DNA of 64,000 nucleotides, from contig CAVTSN010000021.1 in assembly GCA_963737455.1 (NCBI GenBank), forward strand, positions 32,304 to 96,303, given 5' to 3'. The stretch comes from an uncultured Gaiellaceae bacterium (lineage in GTDB: Bacteria > Actinomycetota > Thermoleophilia > Gaiellales > Gaiellaceae). The notes under the pieces are model-generated. The model ran no database searches and was not told the origin of the DNA. It saw only the letters and a program-made list of their open reading frames with translations. This document shows, one piece after another, positions 1-11,449 of this stretch; the stretch's first letter is position 1; every line of letters starts with the position of its first letter. The position numbers were made by a program, and so were the translations under genes.

Positions 1-562
1 GCGCTCTACGTCGCCGACTTCCACGCCGGCCTCGTCCGGCGCGTCGACGCCGCCAGGCGCGTGACGACGCTCGCCCGCCTGCCGCAGGTGACCGCAGTCG
101 CGGTGTCGCCGTCCGGGGCGGTCTACGCGGTGACGATGGACGGCGTTCTCGCACGCATCTCGGCCGCCGGCCGGATCGCCCGAGTTCCGGTGCCGGGCGG
201 GCTCGACCGGCCCCACGGAATCGTGTTCGACCGCTCCGGCGACATCCTGGTCGCCGAGGACTCACGGCGGGTCCGGCGGATCGACCCCGCGACCGGACGA
301 GCGAAGCTCGTGGTCGACGGCGTCGACACGAACAGGATCGCCGTCGCCCGCGACGGAACCCTGTTCCTTGCCGGCGGCAGCCCGACCGGGCGGCAGCCTG
401 CGGCGACTCGAGCCGACGGAAGCCGGCCATCCTGTTCGACGATCTCCACGTCAGCGACGTCGCCGTCCTGCCGGACGGCGACCTGATCGTGACCGCGGTC
501 GAGCCGGGCGCGGTCTTCCGCGTCGACCACGCACCGGCGCCCGGCGAAAGCTGGCGGGCTAG
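1..562 (+). pseudogene. NHL/SMP-30-like beta-propeller repeat protein (5' end outside window; reading frame breaks twice)
   Basis: Frame 1 from nt 1 reads ALYVADFHAGLVRRVD..VAVSPSGAVYAVT..PHGIVFDRSGDILVAEDSRRVRRIDPATG..IAVARDGTLFLAGG, i.e. repeated propeller blades. The sensible continuation is GGSLRRLEP in frame 2, then KPAILFDDLHVSDVAVLPDGDLIVTAVEPGAVFRVD in frame 3. That requires 1-nt shifts near 390 and 418. The 3' end is uncertain (stop at 560-562 or 619-621). Confidence 0.45.
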
Positions 563-565
563 AAC

Positions 566-595
566 GGGAGGAGCCGCCTCGCGGCGGCCCCTCCC
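566..595. terminator. GC-rich hairpin between convergent genes
   Basis: GGGAGGaGCCGCC-tcgc-GGCGGCcCCTCCC lies between the + strand propeller gene and the stop of the - strand gene at 611. There is no clear U-tract. Confidence 0.5.
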
Positions 596-610
596 TATCG
601 ACTCAGCGGT

Positions 611-2737
611 TCAGTCGCCGTAGTCGAGCCAGGCTCCGAGCGGCGGCCGCTCGTCGACGCCCGGCTTGCTCCAGTCGCAGACGCCCGTCGGGAACGCCGC
701 CTGGAGCCGCGCCTGCTGCGCCGGCGTGAACGACACGGCGTAGGCGCCGAAGTCGAGCGGCTTCCGCTGGCACTTGAACACATCGCTCGCCAGGGGCGAG
801 CCGGCGGCCATGCGGGTCTCCGCGAACGTCGGGTAGAGCGCTTCGCAGGTGCCGGCGAGGCCCAGCCCGAACGGCTCGACGATCTTCGTCGAGCCCGCCC
901 AGCACGCATCCGTCAGCGCGACCGGCCGGTTCCGGAGCATGCGCTCCTGAGCCGTGCCCGGCGCGTCGTCCGCGTGGATCGCGGCCAGCCACGCCTCCAT
1001 CTGCGTGAGCGCCTCGACGGTCATCGCCCCCGAGCCGGCCGCGTTCGCGATCAGCATCACGTGGTTCCCGAAGGTGCCGTTCGCCTCCTGGAGCCGCGCC
1101 CGCGTCACGAACGAATGCACGCGTGTGTGGATATCGCCCGGGAAGTCGGTGTAGGTGCGGGCGTCGATGATCGGTGTCGTCGCCAGCCCCAGCCCGCCGG
1201 TGTTCATGCGGCCCGTCTCGTATGCATTCACGATCCCGATCGGATCGGCGGCGACTCGCTGCGGGACGACCTGACCGATGAAGTCGAACCCGCCGACGTT
1301 CTCGTTCAGCGAGACGAACTGCTCCGGCGTGATCGCTCCGCTCTGGAGCGCCGTCAGCCCGTACTGGAGACCGACGTTGTCGAGCGGCCGCCAGGCGAAG
1401 CCGTTCGCCGGATTGCGTCCGAGCTGGGTCGCGATCTGCTCGAAGCTCGTGCACTTGATCCCGCCGGGGTTCGTCACCGGGTGGTACCGCGCCGCCACGG
1501 GCACCGCGCCCGGACAGGCCTCGAGCGCGTTCGTGCGGCTTGCGAAGGCCAGGTGCCAGAAGAGGCACGAGGTCAAGGTCCCGAAGCCCGAGGCCGCAGT
1601 CTGCTGGGCGGCCGTCCAGCCCGCGGCGATGCCCGCCGGGCTGGCGAAGTACAGCGCGAGCAGCCGGCAGTCGGGGACGGTTCCGAGCGTGATCGAGTCC
1701 TGGAACGAGGCACTCGGGATGATCCCGTCGAGGATGCCCGGGTAGTTGTTGCCGATCAGATGCTGCTGGATCGCGCCACCCGAGCCGCCAAAGCCGATCG
1801 TGTACCTCGGCTTCCCGTACGTCTCGGCGAAATGCTCCTTCACCATCAGCGCGACCTCGGCGGAGATCACCTCGCTGCAGTTGTTGTCGTAGACGTTCAG
1901 GGACGACGACGCGACGGCGTAGCCACGGGCGAGGAAGAGGTCGGTGAGCACGCCTCCGTTCCCCGTGCCCTGGTGGTAGCCGACGTTGCAGCCGCCGCCG
2001 AAGGTGTAGACGAGCCTTCCGTTCCAGCCGGGCTCGTCCGTGAACGGGCTCGGCGGCGCGGCGGGATCGTGGAGGGCGGCGATCTCGTAGACACCGCGGT
2101 CGATCACGCCCTTCTCGATCCGCACGATGTAGTCGACGGTGCGCCCGTCGAGCGTCGTCGTCTTTGCGAGGTCGGCCGGCTTCACGGCCGGGTCGGCAAG
2201 GGTCGCGAAGGCGCCGCCGGTCGTCCGGTACACGTAGCGCACCTGCGTCGGCGCGGAGCAGTCCGCGTCGAGCGCGGGGCCGAGCCCGTTCTGCACGGTC
2301 TCGCAGAAGAAGGGCTCCTGCTGCGGACCGGAGAACATCGGCCCGCTGATGGGATGGTTGACGACGCGCAGGGTCGCGGAGCGGCCCGGCGGCGTGCCCT
2401 TCCCCTGGCCGTTCGCACGCGCGACGATCTCGTTCTCGCCGAGGGCGAGCCCGTCGACGAGCCCGCGCAGCGAGCCGTCGGGCATCGTCCGGAAGCTCGC
2501 AGTTATGTCGTCGCCGTTCCGCTCGATTCGAAGGTGCTTCAGGCTCGCAGCGTCGTCGTGCAGGCGGATCTCGACGAGGACGTCGTCGCCCGACACGTAC
2601 TGCGGCAGTGTCGACAGCGCCTCGATCGCCGGCGCCGCGCTGCTCGCGCCCCCCGCGCCGACGGGCAGCAGGCCCGCGGCGAGGACGGCCGCGGCCGCTA
2701 CTACGAGGCGCACCAGGCGTGTGCGTTGACCGGTCAT
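611..2737 (-). CDS. secreted alpha/beta-hydrolase-like protein (tannase/feruloyl-esterase-like, DUF6351-type; family assignment tentative)
   Basis: ATG at 2737 is preceded by AAGGGGGAGAGG. The N-terminus MTGQRTRLVRLVVAAAAVLAAGLLPVGAGG is signal-peptide-like. A GFGGSGG nucleophile-elbow-like motif is present, and many conserved Cys suggest an extracytoplasmic protein. The ORF in the track extends to 2776. Confidence 0.85.
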   Translation of the reverse strand: MTGQRTRLVRLVVAAAAVLAAGLLPVGAGGASSAAPAIEALSTLPQYVSGDDVLVEIRLHDDAASLKHLRIERNGDDITASFRTMPDGSLRGLVDGLALGENEIVARANGQGKGTPPGRSATLRVVNHPISGPMFSGPQQEPFFCETVQNGLGPALDADCSAPTQVRYVYRTTGGAFATLADPAVKPADLAKTTTLDGRTVDYIVRIEKGVIDRGVYEIAALHDPAAPPSPFTDEPGWNGRLVYTFGGGCNVGYHQGTGNGGVLTDLFLARGYAVASSSLNVYDNNCSEVISAEVALMVKEHFAETYGKPRYTIGFGGSGGAIQQHLIGNNYPGILDGIIPSASFQDSITLGTVPDCRLLALYFASPAGIAAGWTAAQQTAASGFGTLTSCLFWHLAFASRTNALEACPGAVPVAARYHPVTNPGGIKCTSFEQIATQLGRNPANGFAWRPLDNVGLQYGLTALQSGAITPEQFVSLNENVGGFDFIGQVVPQRVAADPIGIVNAYETGRMNTGGLGLATTPIIDARTYTDFPGDIHTRVHSFVTRARLQEANGTFGNHVMLIANAAGSGAMTVEALTQMEAWLAAIHADDAPGTAQERMLRNRPVALTDACWAGSTKIVEPFGLGLAGTCEALYPTFAETRMAAGSPLASDVFKCQRKPLDFGAYAVSFTPAQQARLQAAFPTGVCDWSKPGVDERPPLGAWLDYGD

Positions 2738-2805
2738 ACCTCTCCCCCTTTGTCGTGTGCGCGGCGAGCACACCACAACGCGCGGAAACGTGCAAGGGAG
2801 AACGA

Positions 2806-2831
2806 GAGAGGCCGCCTCGCGGCGGCCTCTC
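2806..2831 (-). terminator. hairpin terminator downstream of clpC
   Basis: GAGAGGCCGCC-tcgc-GGCGGCCTCTC sits 6 nt after the clpC stop. On the - strand it is followed by TCGTTCTCCCTT. It shares the 17-mer GCCGCCTCGCGGCGGCC with the hairpin at 566-595. Confidence 0.6.
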
Positions 2832-2836
2832 CGGGC

Positions 2837-5377
<2,541 letters not shown>

Positions 5378-5508
5378 CCTCTCGACCCTCCTTCCCGAAT
5401 CGGTTCCGGAGGGAAGCTCATCGACCCTCCGGGTCGAAGGTCTGGCCCCATCGTATCGGACGCACCCCGCGCAACCCAGTTTCCCACCCGGGTGGGGTAC
5501 CGGAGGTC

Positions 5509-6339
5509 CTAGCGGGCGCGCTCGATCAGGGGCCCGAAGACGTCCTCGATCACGAGCTCGAGGTCGCCGGGAAGGCGCTCGTCGGGGCCGGCGACGCTGC
5601 GGAAGGAGTCGAGGTAGACCTCGAGCTCCTCGCGCTGCTCGGGGAAGGCTTCCCCCTGCTCGGCCAGGAGCCGCTCGACGTCGGCGACCGTCCACTGGCC
5701 GGGGCGGGGCAATCGGAACCGGCCGGGCGCGGGCTCCGGGGCCGCAGCCGGCCGCGTCGGAGCGACCTTGGACACCCGAGCGGGGCGTGACGAACGCTCG
5801 TCGCGGAAGAGACCGACCAGCACGATCGCGAGACCGGCGAGCGTTCCCAGCAGCAGGCCGAGCGCGAGATTCCGAGCCGGTTTCGGCGAGACCCGCTCCT
5901 CGGCCGCGGCCGCGGGCTCCCACACCGACGCCGTCGCCTGCGGTGCAAAGCGGTCGTTGAAGAGAACGGTCGCGACCTCGGCGGCTTCCTGCGCGGTCCG
6001 CCGCGCCTCCTCCTTGCTCGGCGCCTCGACCTCGATCCGCACGAGCGAGCTGTTCTCCCCGAAATCGACGTCGAGACGGTCGAGCAGCTCCTGCGGCGTG
6101 TCGTCGAGACCGAGGTTGCGGATCGCCGACGCCGTCACGGCACGGCTGTCGAAGAGCTCGGCCGCGGCCTCGGCCGCCTCCGCGAGCTCCGGGTCGCTGC
6201 CCGGCGGCTGCCCCTGGCGCACGAGCACGATCGACGCGTCGGCACGGTAGGTCGACTCCTGGAGCAGGGTGACGCCGAGCCCGAGGAGGAGCCCGACCGC
6301 GGCGCCGATGAGAGGTACGGCGGGTCCCCGGCGGGACAT
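5509..6339 (-). CDS. Wzz/polysaccharide co-polymerase-like membrane protein with cytoplasmic C-terminal extension
   Basis: Has an N-terminal TM segment followed by LLQESTYRADASIVLV (chain-length-determinant-type motif). An extracytoplasmic region of about 140 aa is followed by a second TM segment (LALGLLLGTLAGLAIVLVGLF). The ATG is 4 nt after the lysS stop. Confidence 0.75.
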   Translation of the reverse strand: MSRRGPAVPLIGAAVGLLLGLGVTLLQESTYRADASIVLVRQGQPPGSDPELAEAAEAAAELFDSRAVTASAIRNLGLDDTPQELLDRLDVDFGENSSLVRIEVEAPSKEEARRTAQEAAEVATVLFNDRFAPQATASVWEPAAAAEERVSPKPARNLALGLLLGTLAGLAIVLVGLFRDERSSRPARVSKVAPTRPAAAPEPAPGRFRLPRPGQWTVADVERLLAEQGEAFPEQREELEVYLDSFRSVAGPDERLPGDLELVIEDVFGPLIERAR

Positions 6340-6343
6340 CCGC

Positions 6344-7690
6344 CTAGGAACGTTCCTTCAGCGCCGGGAAGAGGATCACGTCGCGGATCGTCTCCCGCCC
6401 GGTCAGCAGCATCGCGAGCCGGTCGATCCCGAGGCCGAGGCCGCCGGTCGGCGGCATCCCGTAGGAGAGCGCCTCGACGTAGTCCGGGTCCTCCTGCTCG
6501 CCGCCCACGAGCTCCGACTGGCGCCGGAACCGCTCCTGCTGCTCCTCCGAGTCGTTGATCTCGGAGAACGCGTTCCCGAGCTCCATCCCGCCGGCGAAGT
6601 ACTCGAACCGCTCGGTCAGCGTCTCGTCGGCGTCGGTCGTGCGCGCGAACGGTGAGATCTCGATCGGGTAGTCGTGGACGATCGTCGGCTCGATCAGGTT
6701 CGGCTCGACGTAGAAGCTGAACGCGTGGTCGACGAGCTGCGCCCAGTCCTTGTCGGCGTGCGTATCGACGCCGCGCTCGTCGAGCGCGGCCCGCAGCTCC
6801 GCCTCGTCGCGGATCCAGAGGCCGTGCTCGGCGAGTGAGTCGGTGAAACGCAGCCGCCGCCAGGGCGCCTTCAGGTCGAGCTCGTGGCCGCGGAACGTCG
6901 TCGTCGTCGTCCCGGTCACCTCGCGCGCAACCGCCTCGACGAGGTTCTCCATCCGCACCATCGCGTCGTTGTAGTCGGCGTAGGCCTCGTACCACTCGAG
7001 CATCGTGAACTCGTTCGAGTGCTTGTACGAGATCCCCTCGTTGCGGAAGTCCTTGCCGATCTCGTAGACGCGCTCGAGCCCGCCGACGATCAGCCGCTTC
7101 AGGTAGAGCTCGGTCGCGATGCGGAGATAGAAGTCCTGCTCGAGGTAGTTCCAGTGGGTGACGAACGGCTCCGCGAAGGCGCCGCCGTAGCGCGGCTGCA
7201 GCACCGGCGTCTCGACCTCGACGAAGCCGTCCGCGTCCAGCTGGCGCCGGATCGCGGCGACGACGCGGCTGCGGGTGAGGAAGTCCGCGCGCGTCTCCTC
7301 GTTCATCAGCAGGTCGAGGTAGCGCTTGCGGTAGCGCTGCTCGACATCGGTGAGGCCGTGGAACGTGTCCGGCAAGGGTGCGCGGTTCTTCGCCAGGAGC
7401 TCGAACTCGACCACCTGGAGCGAGGGCTCGCCCCGGCGCGACTTGGCCGGGTTGCCGCTCACCCCGACGATGTCGCCGAGATCGACGTCGACCTTGCCGG
7501 CGAGCAGCTGGATCCGCCCGCTGCGGTCGACGAGGTCGAGGAAGGTGATCTTCCCCATCTCGCGCCGCGCGAGCACGCGTCCGGCGAGGCGAAACGACTT
7601 CGACGCGTCGGTCGCACCCGGCTCGAGCGCGTCCGCATCCGCCCGGACCGCAGCGATCTCGTCCCGGTCGGGAAAACGCTTCGGCAACAT
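6344..7690 (-). CDS. lysS: lysine--tRNA ligase (class II)
   Basis: OB-fold anticodon-binding domain (GRVLARREMGKITFLDLVDRSGRIQLL). Class II motifs FRNEGIS and GGLGLGIDRLAMLL are present. Confidence 0.97.
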   Translation of the reverse strand: MLPKRFPDRDEIAAVRADADALEPGATDASKSFRLAGRVLARREMGKITFLDLVDRSGRIQLLAGKVDVDLGDIVGVSGNPAKSRRGEPSLQVVEFELLAKNRAPLPDTFHGLTDVEQRYRKRYLDLLMNEETRADFLTRSRVVAAIRRQLDADGFVEVETPVLQPRYGGAFAEPFVTHWNYLEQDFYLRIATELYLKRLIVGGLERVYEIGKDFRNEGISYKHSNEFTMLEWYEAYADYNDAMVRMENLVEAVAREVTGTTTTTFRGHELDLKAPWRRLRFTDSLAEHGLWIRDEAELRAALDERGVDTHADKDWAQLVDHAFSFYVEPNLIEPTIVHDYPIEISPFARTTDADETLTERFEYFAGGMELGNAFSEINDSEEQQERFRRQSELVGGEQEDPDYVEALSYGMPPTGGLGLGIDRLAMLLTGRETIRDVILFPALKERS

Positions 7691-7700
7691 GGCTGGGAGC

Positions 7701-8174
7701 CTACGCTGCCGCGATGTCGAGGATCTTGTACTTCAAGGATCCTCTGGGCGTCGAGACCTCGACGGTCTCGCCCTTCTTCTTGCCGATGATCGCCTTGCCG
7801 ACCGGCGACTCGTTCGAGAGCTTCAGCTCAGCCGGATTCGCCTCGGCCGAGCCGACGATGAAGTACTCGTCCGTGCGCTTCGCATCGACGTCACGCAGCT
7901 TCACCTTCGCGCCGATCGAGACCACGCTCAGATCGACGTCGCGCTTCTGGATCACGCGCGCGTTCAAGAGGCGCTCCTCGAGCTGTGCAATCTTGTGCTC
8001 GAGCATCGCCTGCTCGTTCTTGGCGTCGTCGTACTCGGCGTTCTCGGAGATGTCGCCGAACTCGCGGGCGGTGCGGATCCGGTCCGCGACCTCGCGGCGC
8101 TTCTCGGTCGAGAGCGTCTCGATCTCCTGCTTCAGCTTCTCGTAGCCCTCGGGCGTGAGAATGACTTCCTTCAA
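7701..8174 (-). CDS. greA: transcription elongation factor GreA
   Basis: TTG start with AGGGAGG 5 nt upstream. (M)KEVILTPEGYEKLKQEIETL..GDISENAEYDDAKNEQA coiled-coil plus C-terminal FKBP-like domain. 157 aa. Confidence 0.96.
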   Translation of the reverse strand: MKEVILTPEGYEKLKQEIETLSTEKRREVADRIRTAREFGDISENAEYDDAKNEQAMLEHKIAQLEERLLNARVIQKRDVDLSVVSIGAKVKLRDVDAKRTDEYFIVGSAEANPAELKLSNESPVGKAIIGKKKGETVEVSTPRGSLKYKILDIAAA

Positions 8175-8278
8175 CGTGCCTCCCTAAGACAAAAGCCGGC
8201 GATAACGCGCCGACGCGGGCCGGAATGGTAGCGGCACGATCGGATGCGGTCAATACCTGTGAGTACCATCAACAAACC

Positions 8279-9337
8279 ATGAAAGTCGACCTGCGCGAGA
8301 GCTGGCACATCCGTGACGTGGAGATCCCCACGCGGCTCGTGCTCGCGCCGATGGCGGGGGTCAGCGTGCAGGCATTTCGCCGCCAGGGACGCCGTTTCGG
8401 CGCCGGTCTCGTCTGCTCCGAGATGGTCAGCTGCGCCGGGATCGAGCACCGGAACGAAAAGACGCTCGGCTACCTCCGAGTCGCCTCCGACGAACACCCG
8501 CTGGCGATCCAGATCTTCGGCTCCGAGCCGCGGACGATGGCCGACGCCGCCCGCATGGTCGAGGCCGCCGGCGCCGATCTCGTCGACATCAACTTCGGTT
8601 GCCCTGTGCGCAAGGTGACGAAGACCGGTGCGGGCGCGACCCTGCTCGACGAGCCCGCGCGGGCGGCCGCGATCGTCGAGGCGGTCGCGAATGCGGTCGA
8701 CGTCCCCGTGAGCGTGAAGATGCGCCGCGGCCTCCGCGACGGCTCGCGCACGTGCCTCGAGGTCGGGCCGCAGCTCGTCGACGCGGGCGCGGCGACCCTG
8801 ACGCTGCATCCGCGCTCGGCGCAGCAGATGTACACCGGTACCGCCGACCACTCGCTCACCGCCGAGCTCGTCTCGCTCGTCGACGTGCCCGTGATCGCCT
8901 CCGGGGACGTCACGTCGCGCGCGAAGGCGCAGGCCGTGCTCGCGACCACCGGTGCGTCCGCGGTCATGGTCGGGCGCGGCGCCCAGGGCAACCCGTGGGC
9001 TCTCCGCGAGATCGTCGACGGCGACGCGGCCGAGCCGACGCGGGAGGAGGTCGTCGCCGAGCTCGTCCTCTTCATCCGCGAGACCGTCCGGGAGCTCGGC
9101 GAGCGCCGTGCCTCCGGCTTCCTGAAGAAGTTCTACGGCTGGTATCTCGGCCGCGGCCGCTTCCCGCGCCCGTTCAAGCAGGAGCTGGTCGTGCTCGACT
9201 CGACCGAGGAGGTGGAACGGCTGCTGATCGCGGCCGCGCCCGGCGCGCTCCCGCTGATCGAGGAGCTCGAGGCGGAGCTGCCGTCGGGCGACGAGGTCCA
9301 GCTCGACCTGCCGATTTCCATCTACGGCGGCGGCTAG
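8279..9337 (+). CDS. dus: tRNA-dihydrouridine synthase
   Basis: LAPMAGVS, INFGCPVRKV and HPRS motifs of the Dus family. The ATG at 8279 is preferred over the ORF-track start at 8225. Confidence 0.92.
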   Translation: MKVDLRESWHIRDVEIPTRLVLAPMAGVSVQAFRRQGRRFGAGLVCSEMVSCAGIEHRNEKTLGYLRVASDEHPLAIQIFGSEPRTMADAARMVEAAGADLVDINFGCPVRKVTKTGAGATLLDEPARAAAIVEAVANAVDVPVSVKMRRGLRDGSRTCLEVGPQLVDAGAATLTLHPRSAQQMYTGTADHSLTAELVSLVDVPVIASGDVTSRAKAQAVLATTGASAVMVGRGAQGNPWALREIVDGDAAEPTREEVVAELVLFIRETVRELGERRASGFLKKFYGWYLGRGRFPRPFKQELVVLDSTEEVERLLIAAAPGALPLIEELEAELPSGDEVQLDLPISIYGGG

Positions 9338-9340
9338 CCC

Positions 9341-10090
9341 CTACTGATTCCGCGACCAGACGATCCGCAGCCCCTCGAGGGTTAGGTGCGGGTCGACGCG
9401 GTCGAGCGTGCGGGCGTGCGGGGCGATCAGGTCGGCGAGACCGCCGGTGGCGACGGTCTGCGCCTCGACCCCGAGCTCCTCGCGGATCCGGCCGACGATG
9501 CCGTCGACCTGGCCGGCGAAGCCGTAGACGAGGCCGGACTGGAGCCCGCCGACCGTGGTCTTCCCGATCACCGCAGGCGGTGTCGAGAAGTCGACCTTGA
9601 CGAGGCGGGCGGCGCGGGCGAAGAGCGCGTCCATCGAGATCTCGATCCCCGGCGCGAGCACGCCGCCGACGTACTCGCCGCCCGGCGAGACGATGTCGAA
9701 GTTGGTCGAGGTGCCGAAGTCGACGACGATGCAGGGCGCCCCGTAGCGCTCGCTCGCCGCGACCGCGTTGACGATCCGGTCGGGCCCGACCTCGCGGGGG
9801 TCGTCGTAGCGGATCGGGATCCCGGTCTTCACCCCGGGGCCGACCGTCAGCAGCGGCGCCTCGGCCCAGCGCTCGGCGACCCGCTCCCACTCGCGCTGGA
9901 GCGCCGGCACCGTCGTCGAGAGGCAGATCCCGTCGACGTCCTCGAGCTCGAAGAGCGAGCCGAGCGTGACGCCGAGCTCGTCGCCGGTGCGGACGGGGTC
10001 GGTCGCGAGGCGGAAGCTGTCGGCCAGCCGCTCGCCCTCGAACAGGCCGAGCACCGTCTGCGTGTTGCCGACATCGACCGCGAGCAGCAT
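9341..10090 (-). CDS. coaX: type III pantothenate kinase
   Basis: MLLAVDVGNTQTVLGLF..DFGTSTNFD..GGLA, the typical CoaX/ASKHA fold signature. Confidence 0.95.
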   Translation of the reverse strand: MLLAVDVGNTQTVLGLFEGERLADSFRLATDPVRTGDELGVTLGSLFELEDVDGICLSTTVPALQREWERVAERWAEAPLLTVGPGVKTGIPIRYDDPREVGPDRIVNAVAASERYGAPCIVVDFGTSTNFDIVSPGGEYVGGVLAPGIEISMDALFARAARLVKVDFSTPPAVIGKTTVGGLQSGLVYGFAGQVDGIVGRIREELGVEAQTVATGGLADLIAPHARTLDRVDPHLTLEGLRIVWSRNQ

Positions 10091-10114
10091 CGGGCGCGAC
10101 CCTAGCGGTTCCTG

Positions 10115-10237
10115 GCGCGCCGCTCGCGGTGCGTAGGCCGGTGGAACAGTACGAGAGTACGGGCCTCCGGCTGAAGCGCCGCGAGCGGCGCGAGGCGGCG
10201 CCGGAGGGCGGCTCCGCCGCCCGGGAGGCGGCGCCGG
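10115..10237 (-). other. highly structured GC-rich intergenic element (nested hairpin plus 13-nt direct repeat)
   Basis: Outer stem 10115-10129 / 10179-10192 (14 bp perfect). Inner stem GCCGG 10137-41 / CCGGC 10167-71. Apical GTAC-gaga-GTAC at 10149-10160. GAGGCGGCGCCGG is repeated at 10192-10204 and 10225-10237. Strand is assigned from the flanking - strand genes only. Confidence 0.5.
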
Positions 10238-10247
10238 CCAGGGGCCG

Positions 10248-10616
10248 CTAGGGCGTGTCGTCGTCCGTGGAGAGGCGCTCGCCGAGGCGCTCCGCGAGTG
10301 CGTCCGCAGTCAGCTTCGGGTCGTCGTTCTCACCGCGCAGCTCCTCGACGGTGACGTCGCTCGAGGTGTAGACCTCGGCGCGCGGGATGATCCGCGTGGG
10401 GCGGTTCTTGTCCCAGACCCAGACGTCCTCCATCCGCACGTGAAAGAACGGATAGCTCGCCTGCGGCGTCACCTGGAGGTCGAGCTTGTTGCAGAGGTAC
10501 GTCGCATCCGCGGTGAGGATGCAGTAGCGGAAGAGGCCGAAGACCGCCGTGTACTCGCGCTTGAGCGCGAGCTCGAGCTCGGCCTCGAACTCGTCGAGAT
10601 CGTCGAGATGGCTCAC
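10248..10616 (-). CDS. DUF2469-family protein (mycobacterial Rv2901c-like)
   Basis: (M)SHLDDLDEFEAELELALKREYTAVFGLFRYCILTADATYLCN..VRMEDVWVWDKNRPTRI resembles my recollection of the DUF2469 consensus. The GTG at 10616 is preferred; the ORF-track TTG is at 10637. Confidence 0.8.
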   Translation of the reverse strand: MSHLDDLDEFEAELELALKREYTAVFGLFRYCILTADATYLCNKLDLQVTPQASYPFFHVRMEDVWVWDKNRPTRIIPRAEVYTSSDVTVEELRGENDDPKLTADALAERLGERLSTDDDTP

Positions 10617-10676
10617 CGGCTCAGTGTAGCCCCGCAAGAGCGCCTTTCAGAGTGACGCTTCCCCCGGCTCAAGGCT

Positions 10677-11120
10677 TCACTCGGAAAGGCGCTCCAGCAG
10701 GTCCGCCACCCGTCCGCGGCCCGGAATCGCGAGCTCCGGATCGAGCTCGAGTAGCGGCTCGAGCGCGAAGCGGCGCTCGTGCAGCCGTGGGTGCGGGACG
10801 GTGAGGCCGGGCTCGTCGATCGTCTCGTCGCCGTAGAGGAGCAGGTCGAGGTCGATCGTGCGGGGCCCCCAGCGCTCGCGCCGCTCGCGGCCGAGCCCGC
10901 GCTCCACCGACAGGAGGACGTCGAGCAGCTCGCGCGGAGCGAGGTCGGTCTCGAGCGCGACCGCGCCGTTCAGGAACGGCGGCTGCTCGACGACGCCGAC
11001 CGGATCGGTCTCGCGCAGCGCCGAGACGGCGACGACGCCGGGCAGAGCGTCGAGAGCCGATCGGATCGTCGCCTCGCGGTCGCCGAGGTTGGCGCCGACG
11101 CCGACGTACGCGCGGGTCAC
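10677..11120 (-). CDS. folK: 2-amino-4-hydroxy-6-hydroxymethyldihydropteridine diphosphokinase
   Basis: GTG start overlaps the folB stop (GTGA). Contains AYVGVGANLGDR, TIDLDLLLYG and PHPRLHERRFALEPL. The ORF-track upstream extension is off-frame folB/folP shadow. Confidence 0.93.
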   Translation of the reverse strand: MTRAYVGVGANLGDREATIRSALDALPGVVAVSALRETDPVGVVEQPPFLNGAVALETDLAPRELLDVLLSVERGLGRERRERWGPRTIDLDLLLYGDETIDEPGLTVPHPRLHERRFALEPLLELDPELAIPGRGRVADLLERLSE

Positions 11121-11449
11121 CGCTCCGCCGTGACCGTGGCGCGGCCGCCCTCGAGCTCGAGCTCGGGCTTGCCGACGGAGACGCGGGCGCTCGAGACCGG
11201 GAATCGCCGCATCAGCTCGTCGGCCACTGCGGCCGCGAGCGTCTCGAGCAGCTGGAACGCGCGGCCGTCCGAGACCTCGCGCACGCAGGCGACGACGTCC
11301 CGGTAGTCCACCGTCGCGTCGATGTCGTCCTCGGCCGGCTCGGCCAGCTCGAGCGTCACGTCGAAGACGAACAGCTGGCCGTCGCGGCGCTCGTGGTCGA
11401 GCACGCCGTGTAGGCCGCGCAGCGTGATCCCGGCGATCTCTATCCGCAT
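11117..11449 (-). CDS. folB: dihydroneopterin aldolase
   Basis: MRIEIAGITLRGLHGVLDHERRDGQLFVFDV..DYRDV, a typical FolB. Confidence 0.92.
   Translation of the reverse strand: MRIEIAGITLRGLHGVLDHERRDGQLFVFDVTLELAEPAEDDIDATVDYRDVVACVREVSDGRAFQLLETLAAAVADELMRRFPVSSARVSVGKPELELEGGRATVTAER

Noticed and set aside
5378-5508. Possible ClgR/CtsR-type operator in the clpC leader: palindrome CCCACCCGGGTGGG at 5483-5496 and hairpin CCGGAGGG..CCCTCCGG at 5406-5432.
   Set aside because: Neither matches the operator consensus I remember for ClgR or CtsR. The first is more simply the terminator of the upstream wzz-like gene.
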